This document shows positions 9,623-18,556 of a stretch of DNA of 64,000 bases, piece by piece. How positions within the stretch are numbered: the stretch's first letter is position 1; each line of letters opens with the position of its first letter. Position numbers and translations under genes: made by a program. The notes under the pieces are model-generated. The model was not told the origin of the DNA. It made no database searches and saw nothing but the letters and a program-made list of their open reading frames with translations. The DNA lies in contig CBDCNQ010000004.1 of the NCBI GenBank assembly GCA_965219445.1, positions 1,088,001 to 1,152,000 on the forward strand, in the 5' to 3' direction. Source of the stretch: Longimicrobiales bacterium. Its GTDB lineage: Bacteria; Gemmatimonadota; Gemmatimonadetes; Longimicrobiales; Gaopeijiaceae.

Positions 9623-12397
9623 TCAGCCTCTCGAGTCGGACACCACTGTCTCGGTGGAGCGCCACAATGTGGGTTCGACCGCGGGTTCGACCGCGGGTTC
9701 GACCTTGGCTTCGACCGTGGGTTCGACCGTGGGTTCGGCGGTGGCGGCTACCGCGGGCTCGACCCTGGTGGAGATCGGAAGTTTCAGCAGCCCGGCGGAG
9801 ATGCCGACCCGCGTCACCGCCTGGTCGAGTACCGCCGTGGCACGGATCACCTGCCAGGCGGCGCGTGCGCCGACCGCCGCGATGGCAACCGCCGAGACGA
9901 GGAGGGTCACCGACGGGTCGTAGAGAAAAATCGACGCGCTCATGCCGCCCGCCACCAGTACCGCCACCGTCCCACCGCGGAGGGTGCCGGCGAAGCTGGG
10001 ACGCAGCCGCGCTCGGATCCGGAAGAGACAGGCTCCGCGCTCGTGCTCCTCCACCAGCGTCTGCACGTGCAGCCAGCCCCAGCGGCCGATCGCCAGGCTG
10101 AGATCCCGGTCGGGACGCCATCCCTCGTCGACATCGACGATCTGAGCCGGCCGCGAGGCGCGCAGGACCCCGACGAGTTCCGTCAACAGCGTCGTGTGCT
10201 GTGCCCACGCCTCGCTCCAGAACGAGCGCTCCATACCGGCGCGGGTCAAGAGCCGCGCGGACGCGACGACGTCTCGGAACGTCGGCATCGGCGACTTCCA
10301 CGGATGCCTCGTCATGTGCTTCGGTGCGACCGCCTTGGGCCGTGACAAACCGCGCAGCCTGCCCCTGAATCGGGCCAGCGGCTGGAGCAAGTGGAGCCAT
10401 GCGATGAGGCCCCGATACAGCAAGCGACTCTGTCGTATGGACCAGCGTCCGATGGAGGGCAGACCGTCGAGGTTGGAACGCCAACCACACATAGTGCATC
10501 GGGTGATGGTAGTGGCCCCCCCAAGAATACCGGCGATCAGAGGCAGCCATGCGGCGTCCATGCCCGCCAGGGGACCGAAGACGCCGATGAGCAACAAGAC
10601 GAGCGAGGCCGCCATCCACGCGGGCGAGTGGGGCAGGTAGTGCCACCGGTGGGCTTGCGTGCTGTAGACCGACGGAAACGACGCGGTGCCCCAAACGCCC
10701 GTGTTGACGCGCCGCTCTGCCGCAGTGCGCAGGAAGGGGAGCGGGCTGTAGATGCGCCCACGCCAAACCATCTGCCCGCCGAGAAATTTCTCGGGATGAT
10801 GCGCGTCGAGCCACGCCTCTCCCTCACCGTAGCCGACCTGCTGACGCCAGTACGATCGTACGCTCGCCCGGCGATGGTGCCAGACCAGCGCTGACGGCGC
10901 GAAGACGATGTCCAGCTTCTTGGCCTGAAGCCGCCAGCAGATGTCGACATCGTCGCCGGCTCGGACATAGACCGGATTGAAACCGTCGGCCGCCAGGAGC
11001 GCGTCCCTTCTGAACGCCATGTTGCAACCCGGCACGTGCTCGGCGATCCGGTCGTCGAGCATGACGTGGATCGGCCCACCCGGGGCACGTGCGACACACT
11101 GCGCCACCCACGGGTCGTCTATTGGCACGACGTTCGGACCGCCGACGCCGGCCGCGTCGGAGGTGAGTAATGGTTGGACCAGGTAGGTCAGCCAATCGGG
11201 GTCGACCCTGACATCCGCGTCGGTATACGCGATGATCTCACCACTCGCGGCAGCGAGTCCGGCATTCCGGGCCGCGCTCAGGCCGCTGTTCGGCACCTCG
11301 ACGACACGGACACCGGAATACCCTCTCGCGATGTCGCCGGTCGTATCGCGCGACCCGTCGTCGACGACAATGACCTCCGTGTCGGGGTAGGTCAGCGCGT
11401 CGAGCGACGTCAGACACTCGGCAATGGTGTCTGCAGCGTTATACGCGCACACCACCACCGACACCTTCGGCCACGTCGCTCGTTCCCTGGGCGGGAACGG
11501 GGCGCTGGCGAAGACCTCTTGTACGGCGGCGAGCGCCGGCTTGCGCTGTCGCGCCTCATCCACCAGGCCAAAAGCCCAATCGTCGACCGCCCGACCTCCA
11601 CGCCACCATTCGTCAGTCCAGGAGTAGGCCACCGCGCCGCAGGCGCCTTCGGCAAAGGCCGTCCGAAGGTGTGTCGCCGTGATGGACGCCTGGCCATCGA
11701 GCCCCTCACGCAGACTATCCCCGCCGGCTTCCGCGAGGAGCAGGGGTCTGGTACCTGCGAGATGCTGCAAACGCGCGAGGTAGCCACGGAGCTCGGTCTC
11801 TCGATGCAGATAGACGTTGTAGGCGAAGATGTCGAACGCATCGAGCTCGAGGTGCTCGGTGGGTGGGAAGTTTACATACGTCAACAGGCTTTCGGGTGCG
11901 GCCGCCTTCACGTCTTCGTAGAGCTCGCGCAGGAAGCGCTCGATCCTCCGGTGGCCGTGCCAGCGCACGATCCCGGCGGGGATCTCGTTGCCCAGCGCGA
12001 AGAGAAGCGCCGCGGGGTGCGCCGCGATCCGGCGCACTGTGGTGACGGCGTCGCGTTTGATTCGTCGCTTGAGCCTCTTGTCGTCGAGAAACGGGAGGTG
12101 TTGCGGCCACGCCAGTCCGACCATGACCCGGAGCCCGTGCCGATGGGCCGCGTCGAGGAGGGCGGGAGATGGCGGCGTGTAGGTGCGCACCGTGTTGATC
12201 CCGGCGGCAGCCATCAGCCTAAAGTCTTGCGCCATGCGCCCTGCCGACGGGAACTGCGCTCCCTCGCTGTCTGGAGCGAAGGTGCCGTAGGCCACTCCCT
12301 TGATCAGGACGCGACGCCCATCGACCTCCAGGAACTTGCCATCCACGCGGGGGCAGCCGGTGGAGGCGCTCGGGGTGGAGCCGTTCAGGATCGCCAC
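9623..12397 (-). CDS. Fusion of GH-A clan glycoside hydrolase domain and GT2 glycosyltransferase with C-terminal TM segments
   Basis: GNEIP and LAEAG glutamates in a TIM-barrel-like N-terminus; VSVVVCAYN, DDGS, YTDAD, GDDVD, QQVGY GT2 motifs. Confidence 0.85.
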   Translation of the reverse strand: MAILNGSTPSASTGCPRVDGKFLEVDGRRVLIKGVAYGTFAPDSEGAQFPSAGRMAQDFRLMAAAGINTVRTYTPPSPALLDAAHRHGLRVMVGLAWPQHLPFLDDKRLKRRIKRDAVTTVRRIAAHPAALLFALGNEIPAGIVRWHGHRRIERFLRELYEDVKAAAPESLLTYVNFPPTEHLELDAFDIFAYNVYLHRETELRGYLARLQHLAGTRPLLLAEAGGDSLREGLDGQASITATHLRTAFAEGACGAVAYSWTDEWWRGGRAVDDWAFGLVDEARQRKPALAAVQEVFASAPFPPRERATWPKVSVVVCAYNAADTIAECLTSLDALTYPDTEVIVVDDGSRDTTGDIARGYSGVRVVEVPNSGLSAARNAGLAAASGEIIAYTDADVRVDPDWLTYLVQPLLTSDAAGVGGPNVVPIDDPWVAQCVARAPGGPIHVMLDDRIAEHVPGCNMAFRRDALLAADGFNPVYVRAGDDVDICWRLQAKKLDIVFAPSALVWHHRRASVRSYWRQQVGYGEGEAWLDAHHPEKFLGGQMVWRGRIYSPLPFLRTAAERRVNTGVWGTASFPSVYSTQAHRWHYLPHSPAWMAASLVLLLIGVFGPLAGMDAAWLPLIAGILGGATTITRCTMCGWRSNLDGLPSIGRWSIRQSRLLYRGLIAWLHLLQPLARFRGRLRGLSRPKAVAPKHMTRHPWKSPMPTFRDVVASARLLTRAGMERSFWSEAWAQHTTLLTELVGVLRASRPAQIVDVDEGWRPDRDLSLAIGRWGWLHVQTLVEEHERGACLFRIRARLRPSFAGTLRGGTVAVLVAGGMSASIFLYDPSVTLLVSAVAIAAVGARAAWQVIRATAVLDQAVTRVGISAGLLKLPISTRVEPAVAATAEPTVEPTVEAKVEPAVEPAVEPTLWRSTETVVSDSRG
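9669..9764. repeat. 12-bp imperfect tandem repeat (GGGTTCGACCGY) encoding VEPT/VEPA tail
   Basis: About six adjacent copies plus one displaced copy. Confidence 0.85.
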
Positions 12398-12406
12398 GCC
12401 GGCCGC

Positions 12407-13534
12407 CTAATCCCCAGAGGCGCGCTGCGAGATCATGTCCATCAGCCAGTGGCCCGAGCGGTCTACCTTGGCCTGGACGTAGCGCAGGTTGTGGCGGTTG
12501 ATCCCGCCGTAGATGGGGGTGCGCTCCGCGACTTCGATGCCGCCTTCCTCCACGGCCGTCACCTTGTCGGGGTTGTTGGTGAGGAGCTCGACCCGCACGA
12601 TCTCGAGGTGGCGGAGGATCGCCACCGCGGCGTCGTAGCGCCGCTCGTCGGCGCCGAAGCCGAGCACGCCGTCGGCGTCGACGGTATCCAGGCCTTCCTC
12701 CTGGAGGGCGTAGGCGCGGATCTTGTTGCCCAGTCCGATCCCACGTCCCTCCTGGGCCAGGTACACCAGCACGCCTCCGCCCCGATTCTCGAAGTAGCGG
12801 AGACTCCCGCGCAACTGCTCACCGCAGTCACAACGCAGGCTGCCAAAGAGGTCTCCCGTGAGGCAGGCCGAGTGGAGTCGCACGGGCACCGGATCGGGCC
12901 AGCCTTCGCGGGGGCCGATCAGGACCGCCACGTGCTCCAGGAAGCCCCCGCCTTCGCGGAAAAACATGAAGCGGGAGTGCCCGGCATCCGCCAGGGGAAC
13001 CGGGGCCTCGGCCACGCTCGTGACTTCGATCCCGGACCGGGCCACCGCATGCTCGACCTCCTCGCTCGAGACGTCGAGAAGCGTCCCCTCCTCGATCCAC
13101 CGCATGAGCACGGAGGAGCCGGGATCCACCTCGACGCTCACGAGGGCCGGAAGGAGACGCCCGAATCGGGTGAGCGCCAACGCCGCCAATTCTGTGGAGG
13201 TGGCCGGACGCGTGTCGAAGCGGAGCGGAGAGCCCGACGGAGCAACTCTCCTCGCCGTCGCAAATCCCAGGATCGTATCGGGCGTCTCGCCCGCGCCCAG
13301 CCCGAGGCTGAGGTTCGTCTCGCTTTCGTGCGTGGCGATCCCCATCGCTCGACCGCGATGTTGGGTCACGACCAGGCGAAGGGGCGAGCCCAGGGAGCGG
13401 AGCTGCTCCAGTCTGTCCAGGCCGAGACACTCGACTGCGGCGACCAGGGCGCGCACACCCCGGACCGCATCGGTCACGCAGAGAGCTCGCCCCTGTCTGA
13501 GCTCGAAGAGTCCTCGTTCCGCTTTGTGCGCCAT
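12407..13534 (-). CDS. ribA: GTP cyclohydrolase II paralogue with degenerate RibB-like N-terminal domain
   Basis: VRLHSACLTGDLFGSLRCDCG, QEGRGIGLGNKIRAY, LLTNNPDK. Confidence 0.9.
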   Translation of the reverse strand: MAHKAERGLFELRQGRALCVTDAVRGVRALVAAVECLGLDRLEQLRSLGSPLRLVVTQHRGRAMGIATHESETNLSLGLGAGETPDTILGFATARRVAPSGSPLRFDTRPATSTELAALALTRFGRLLPALVSVEVDPGSSVLMRWIEEGTLLDVSSEEVEHAVARSGIEVTSVAEAPVPLADAGHSRFMFFREGGGFLEHVAVLIGPREGWPDPVPVRLHSACLTGDLFGSLRCDCGEQLRGSLRYFENRGGGVLVYLAQEGRGIGLGNKIRAYALQEEGLDTVDADGVLGFGADERRYDAAVAILRHLEIVRVELLTNNPDKVTAVEEGGIEVAERTPIYGGINRHNLRYVQAKVDRSGHWLMDMISQRASGD

Positions 13535-13685
13535 TGGGTCAGGTGATATCGTTGGGCCAGCGTGTGCCCCGAACCGGGGGTCGTGGGCTGGCGAGCCGCT
13601 CCGCTGTTCGCCCCCGGACGCCGGTTCCGGGGCCGTCGGGTGAATGATGCACCTGTGGGAGTCCGGCTGATGAGGTACCCTTGAG

Positions 13686-15311
13686 ATGATCAGGCTCGTG
13701 TCCGCGTGGGTGCTTGTCAATGGGCTGCTCATGACGCCGTTCTGGCTCTCGGGCGCCGTGACGGACGCGCCGGCGCCCGCTTGGCTTTCACTGGAAGCGG
13801 CCCTGATCGTCGGTGCAATGGCTCTCCTGCCGCGACGGCCATGGAGCCGCGGGTTAGCCTGGATCTTGGCCGTGGGACTCGTCGTGTTCGCCGTCGCCGC
13901 GCTCGTGGATCTCCTCTTCCGGGTGAGCCTGGGCCGCCCGCTCAACCTCTCTCTGGACCTCTACCTGATCAGTGCCGTCTACCGCCTCGCGGTGGGGAAT
14001 TCGGGCTTCCTCCGGACCCTCTTCGGGTTCGGGACGATCACCGTCTTGCTCGCCCTGTCGGCGGTCGCGGCGGCCTGGCTCCTGACGCCAGCCCCTTCGG
14101 AAGGCGACAGAACTCTGCCCCGCCTCGTACCGCGGCTCGGCGTGGCGGTCCTCGTGGCCGCGATCACGCTCGGCCTGATCGGTCACAGCGCGCCCGTCGT
14201 CGGACACCGGCTGGCCACACCCGCCGTACGGCTCGTCCTCGAGCAGGCGGAGCAGTTTCGGGCGACTCACAGGGAGCGGGAAGCGTTCGCCGCCGAGCTG
14301 GAGAAGCAGCCCGACGGATTCGCGGACCTGCCCGGGCTACTCTCGAGGCTGGAGGGGGGTAACGTCGTCGTGACGTTCATCGAGTCCTATGGGATGGCCG
14401 CGCTCGAGGACCCTGAGTTGGCGGCGACCATCCGGCCGAGCCTGGACATGGCCGCGGCTCGAATCGAGAGCGCGGGGCTCCACTTCGCGACCGGCGAGCT
14501 CGCCTCCCCCACCCTGGGTGGGCAGTCGTGGTACGCGCATGGGACCATGCTCAGCGGGCTCTGGCTCGAGAATCAGCTCCGCTACGACCTCTTGCTCGCG
14601 AGTAAACGAGAGACGCTGGTCGACGACTTCCGTCGGGCCGGCTACCGCACCGTGGTCGTGATGCCCGCCATCACCACGAACTGGCCCGAGGGGCTCCGAC
14701 TCGGCTACGACGAGGTGTACACGAGGCCTTCCATTCCCTATGCCGGCCCACCCCTCTACTGGGTCACCATGCCGGACCAGTACACATGGTCGTTCCTCGG
14801 GGAGATGGTCCGGGACGCAGTGACCCCGCTCTACGTCGAGGCGGCGATGGTGAGCAGCCACGCGCCCTGGACCCCCGTCCTGCCCCTCCTCGACTGGGAC
14901 TCTGTGGGGGACGGAGCGATCTTCGAACCCTACCGAGAGGATGGGTATCCGCCCGAGGAGCTGTGGATGGACACCCAGGTTCTGCGCGAGAGCTACGCCC
15001 GTTCGCTCGACTACTCGCTTCAAGCGATGGCCGAGTTCGCCGAGCGGTTCCTGGACGAACGGACCCTGCTTGTCGTGCTCGGGGACCACCAGGCGGCTCC
15101 GTGGGTGACGGGGACGAGCGACCCCAACGTTCCGGTGCACGTGTTCACGCGTGACCCCGCCCTGCTCGAGCCCTTTTTCGAGTGGGGGTTCCTCCCCGGC
15201 CCTTTCCCAGACTCAGACGGCTCGCCTCCCGGCATGGACGAGTTCCGCGAATGGTTCGTGCGGGGATTCAGCGGCACTTCCGCCTCCGCCGCTCTTTCGA
15301 TGAAGGAGTGA
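13686..15311 (+). CDS. Membrane-anchored alkaline phosphatase/sulfatase-superfamily protein (LtaS/OpgB-like)
   Basis: About 5 TM helices, then FIESYG, GGQSW, SSHAPW, GDHQ. Confidence 0.75.
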   Translation: MIRLVSAWVLVNGLLMTPFWLSGAVTDAPAPAWLSLEAALIVGAMALLPRRPWSRGLAWILAVGLVVFAVAALVDLLFRVSLGRPLNLSLDLYLISAVYRLAVGNSGFLRTLFGFGTITVLLALSAVAAAWLLTPAPSEGDRTLPRLVPRLGVAVLVAAITLGLIGHSAPVVGHRLATPAVRLVLEQAEQFRATHREREAFAAELEKQPDGFADLPGLLSRLEGGNVVVTFIESYGMAALEDPELAATIRPSLDMAAARIESAGLHFATGELASPTLGGQSWYAHGTMLSGLWLENQLRYDLLLASKRETLVDDFRRAGYRTVVVMPAITTNWPEGLRLGYDEVYTRPSIPYAGPPLYWVTMPDQYTWSFLGEMVRDAVTPLYVEAAMVSSHAPWTPVLPLLDWDSVGDGAIFEPYREDGYPPEELWMDTQVLRESYARSLDYSLQAMAEFAERFLDERTLLVVLGDHQAAPWVTGTSDPNVPVHVFTRDPALLEPFFEWGFLPGPFPDSDGSPPGMDEFREWFVRGFSGTSASAALSMKE

Positions 15312-15313
15312 GT

Positions 15314-15916
15314 GTGACGAAAGGCTTTGGCGCCGGCGCCCGGCTCTTCCACTGGCTCGTCGTGCTCCTCCTGTTGGTGCAGATCCCGGCGGGGATCGCG
15401 ATGATCGCGCCCGCCCTCGAGCAGGGATCGATCGACCGGCTCTTCATCCTGCACAAGGGACTCGGCGTCGTGCTGCTCGTGGTGGTGGTGGCCCGAGTGC
15501 TGTGGCGGCTGACCCACCCGGCGCCGCCGATGTCGGAGACCATCCCGGAGCTGGAACGACGCATCGCGACCATGGCGCATGGGGTCATCTACGGAGTCCT
15601 GGTCCTGGTTGCGGGGAGCGGATACGTGCACGTCGTCGGGGATGGCTTCCCCATCGAGATGATGGACGCGCTCGGGCTGCCGACGCTGCTGCCTCTGATG
15701 CCCGAGGTCGCGTCGTGGGCATCCCTAGTGCACCGGTTCTCGACCTTCCTGCTGGTGGCCCTGGTGTCGGTTCACGTGGGAGAGGTGATGCGGCACCATC
15801 TGGTGGTGCGGGACGGGACGCTGGAGCGGATGTGGCCCCCACTAGGGAGCGGGAGCGCCGCCGCTCCCCCCGAACCGACGCCGGGGGGAGGGACCGGTGG
15901 GGTGGACCCGAGCTGA
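15314..15916 (+). CDS. Cytochrome b561 family protein
   Basis: RLFHW, LHKGLG, LVHR, VHVG histidines in 4 TM helices; RMWP end. Confidence 0.85.
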   Translation: MTKGFGAGARLFHWLVVLLLLVQIPAGIAMIAPALEQGSIDRLFILHKGLGVVLLVVVVARVLWRLTHPAPPMSETIPELERRIATMAHGVIYGVLVLVAGSGYVHVVGDGFPIEMMDALGLPTLLPLMPEVASWASLVHRFSTFLLVALVSVHVGEVMRHHLVVRDGTLERMWPPLGSGSAAAPPEPTPGGGTGGVDPS

Positions 15917-16772
15917 GCGGTGGCTCGGCCTGGTCCGCTCGCTGATCATGTACTGGCGGCCGGGCCGGCAGCGCGGGCTGCGGGAGCTATACCGCCCCTT
16001 CGTCGGAGCGGGGGATCTCGTCTTCGACGTGGGGGCGCACCTGGGCGACCGCACAGCGGCATTCCGGACGCTGGGCGCGCGCGTGGTAGCCTTGGAGCCC
16101 CAGCCCGCCGTGCGCCGCTGGCTCGTACGGCTGGTTGGGCGCAAGCCGGACGTCTCCGTGCGGGCGGAGGCGGTCGGGCGCGCGGTCGGCACCGCACGCC
16201 TGGTGCTGAGCCACCGTACGCCCACCGTGTCCTCGCTGGCCGAGGACTGGCCGAGCACGATGCCGGAACGGAACCGCGGCTTCCGCGGTGTGCGCTGGGA
16301 CGACTCGGTCGAGGTACCGGTGACGACCTTGGACGCGCTGATCGAGCACCATGGACTGCCGCGCTTCTGCAAAATCGACGTGGAGGGGTACGAAGCCGAG
16401 GTGTTGGCCGGCCTGAGCCACCGCATCCCTGCGCTCTCTGTCGAGTTCGTGGCAGGGGCGCTGGACATCGCCCAGGCCTGCGTGCGGAGGCTCGAAGCGC
16501 TGGGTGGGTACGAGTTCAACGCGGTCGTAGGAGAGGAGAGGAGCTTCATGTCGAAGCGGTGGCTTGGGGCCGATGACATGGTCGCCTGGTTGAGGCGCGG
16601 TGGGGCGAGTGTTTCTTCGGGGGACGTCTACGCCCGGCTGAGGAGTGAAGTCGAGCAGAGGGGCGAAGCCGAGCAGAGGGGCGAAACAGACACCGTGAGA
16701 GACGCTGAGTCCGACCGGGGCGCTGGGGACGGCGAGCCCGATCGGGGCGCCGAGGCCGCGAACGATGGCTGA
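15897..16772 (+). CDS. FkbM family methyltransferase
   Basis: FDVGAHLG, ALEP, TTLDALI, KIDVEGYE. Confidence 0.9.
   Translation: MGWTRAERWLGLVRSLIMYWRPGRQRGLRELYRPFVGAGDLVFDVGAHLGDRTAAFRTLGARVVALEPQPAVRRWLVRLVGRKPDVSVRAEAVGRAVGTARLVLSHRTPTVSSLAEDWPSTMPERNRGFRGVRWDDSVEVPVTTLDALIEHHGLPRFCKIDVEGYEAEVLAGLSHRIPALSVEFVAGALDIAQACVRRLEALGGYEFNAVVGEERSFMSKRWLGADDMVAWLRRGGASVSSGDVYARLRSEVEQRGEAEQRGETDTVRDAESDRGAGDGEPDRGAEAANDG
16653..16685. repeat. Tandem duplication with 18-bp period (EQRGEA/EQRGET)
   Basis: GAGCAGAGGGGCGAA at 16653 and 16671. Confidence 0.75.
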
Positions 16773-17577
16773 CGGGGCGGTCCGGTGGTGGCAGTCGCTG
16801 ACGACGGTGGACGCCGGGGCGATCGAGCTGAGCGATCCGGTGGTCGTCCTGCCCATCGCCGCGATCGAACAGCACGGACCACACCTCCCCCTCTCCACCG
16901 ACCTCGATATCGGGCTCGGCTTGCTCTCGGAGGCGTTTCGGCGGCTGCCGGCCGACTTTCCGGCCTGGGCTCTGCCACCGCAGGCAATCGGTTGCAGCCG
17001 GGAGCACGCGCGCTTTCCGGGAACGCTCTCCCTCGAGCCGGACCAGCTCTCCACTCTGATCGAGGAGGCGGGTGACACCCTCGCGCAAATCGGGGTGCGG
17101 CGGATCGTGCTGAGCAACAGCCACGGTGGGAACCGGCCCGCGCTGGAGACAGCCGGTCTCAGGCTTCGCGACGAGCTGGGAATGCTGGTCGTGCACGCGA
17201 GCTGGTTCCGTTTTCCCCCTCCGGAAGACGTGGGTCTCCCTGAGGGGGAGTGGCGTCACGGCCTCCACGGCGGGGCGGTGGAGACGGCCATGATGATGCA
17301 TCTCCAGCCCGATCTGGTGCGCACCTCCGAAGTGGCTCGGGCGCGTTCCCTCGGAGAGGAGTTGGAGGAGACGCTACGCCGGGTGGCTCCGGCGGGTTCG
17401 GCCTCGTTCTCTTGGCTCGCCGGAGATCTCAACCCCGACGGTGTGGTTGGGGACGCGACGCTGGCCGACGCCGATCTGGGGGCGCGGCTCGTGTCGCACT
17501 ACGGGGCGGTGTTGGCGGATGTGATCGAGGACGCGCGGGCGTTCCCCCTGGACCGGCTGGTGGCGGACGCCCCGTGA
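16765..17577 (+). CDS. Creatininase/formamide hydrolase family protein
   Basis: EQHGPHLPLSTD, NSHGGN, HGGAVET. Confidence 0.92.
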   Translation: MADGAVRWWQSLTTVDAGAIELSDPVVVLPIAAIEQHGPHLPLSTDLDIGLGLLSEAFRRLPADFPAWALPPQAIGCSREHARFPGTLSLEPDQLSTLIEEAGDTLAQIGVRRIVLSNSHGGNRPALETAGLRLRDELGMLVVHASWFRFPPPEDVGLPEGEWRHGLHGGAVETAMMMHLQPDLVRTSEVARARSLGEELEETLRRVAPAGSASFSWLAGDLNPDGVVGDATLADADLGARLVSHYGAVLADVIEDARAFPLDRLVADAP

Positions 17578-17604
17578 GCGGTTCCGCGAAGGCGGCGTGT
17601 CCTG

Positions 17605-18513
17605 TTGGCTGAGGTCGACGCCCGGCTCGACGAAGCCGCCGCCTGGGCGCTGGTGCGTGCCGCCGTTCCGCACTCGGCCCTCGAGACCGGGCCTCGTCGT
17701 GTGGCTCATCCCTCGCGCCCGGAACTCTGGCTGGAGTTGAGCGAATCCGGAGGCTGGGATCTGTCGGCCCCACCCACGCCAGCCGCCCGAGATCTACTCG
17801 ACCTCTATCTGCCGCTCACGAGTGGGCCCGATTTCGTCATCGGGCAGCTCGGCCAGAGCCTGGACGGCCGCATCGCGACGGTGAGCGGGAGGTCCCACTA
17901 CATCACCGGACCAGAGGACATCCGCCGCCTCCACCGACTTCGGGCCCTGGTCGATGCCGTGATCGTGGGGGCCGGAACCGTGGCACAGGACGATCCGCTG
18001 CTCACCGTGAGGGAGGTCGAGGGGGAGAATCCGGTCCGCGTGGTGCTCGATCCGGACGGCCGCCTCGGGAAGGACCGCCGGGTCTTCTCGGACCGGGCGG
18101 CCCGGACACTCGTGATGCGGCGCGCGACGGCTCCCCCGGGCCGCTCCCGCGTGCCGAGGGATCAGCGGCCCGGCGCGGGCGAGGTATCGCCAGAGGATGG
18201 CTCCCGAGCCCCGGAGGTCCTCACTCTTTCCGCCTCGGACCCCGAGGGCTTCGAGCCGGGGGCCGTGCTGGAAGCGCTCCGTGCCCGTGGGCTTCGGCGG
18301 GTGCTCGTGGAGGGGGGAGGGGTCACGGTGTCGAGGTTCCTCGATGCCGGCCTCCTCGACCGGCTCCACCTGACCGTCGCGCCTCTCCTGATGGGCTCGG
18401 GCCGTCCGGGCATCACGCTTCCACAGATCGAGAGCCCCGACCAGTCGCTGCGGGTCCGGTGCCGTCACGTACCCCTGGGAGACGACCTCCTCTTCGATCT
18501 CGACCTGAGCTGA
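17605..18513 (+). CDS. RibD C-terminal reductase domain protein (no deaminase domain)
   Basis: QSLDGRIAT, GAGTVAQDDPLLT, VLVEGGG, APLLMGSG. Confidence 0.9.
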   Translation: MAEVDARLDEAAAWALVRAAVPHSALETGPRRVAHPSRPELWLELSESGGWDLSAPPTPAARDLLDLYLPLTSGPDFVIGQLGQSLDGRIATVSGRSHYITGPEDIRRLHRLRALVDAVIVGAGTVAQDDPLLTVREVEGENPVRVVLDPDGRLGKDRRVFSDRAARTLVMRRATAPPGRSRVPRDQRPGAGEVSPEDGSRAPEVLTLSASDPEGFEPGAVLEALRARGLRRVLVEGGGVTVSRFLDAGLLDRLHLTVAPLLMGSGRPGITLPQIESPDQSLRVRCRHVPLGDDLLFDLDLS

Positions 18514-18556
18514 GCAGCACTGGGGATCACGGGGCGCCCAGCCTCAGGGGGGAGGA

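Noticed and set aside
9669..9764. Possible CRISPR array (also 38592-38635)
   Set aside because: Short tandem units without spacers, and no cas genes
9609..10814. 401-aa alternative-frame ORF
   Set aside because: Overlaps GT2 on the same strand; Arg-rich off-frame translation
11174..13546. 790-aa plus-strand ORF
   Set aside because: Antisense shadow of the ribA and GT2 genes; no motifs; expected in high-GC DNA
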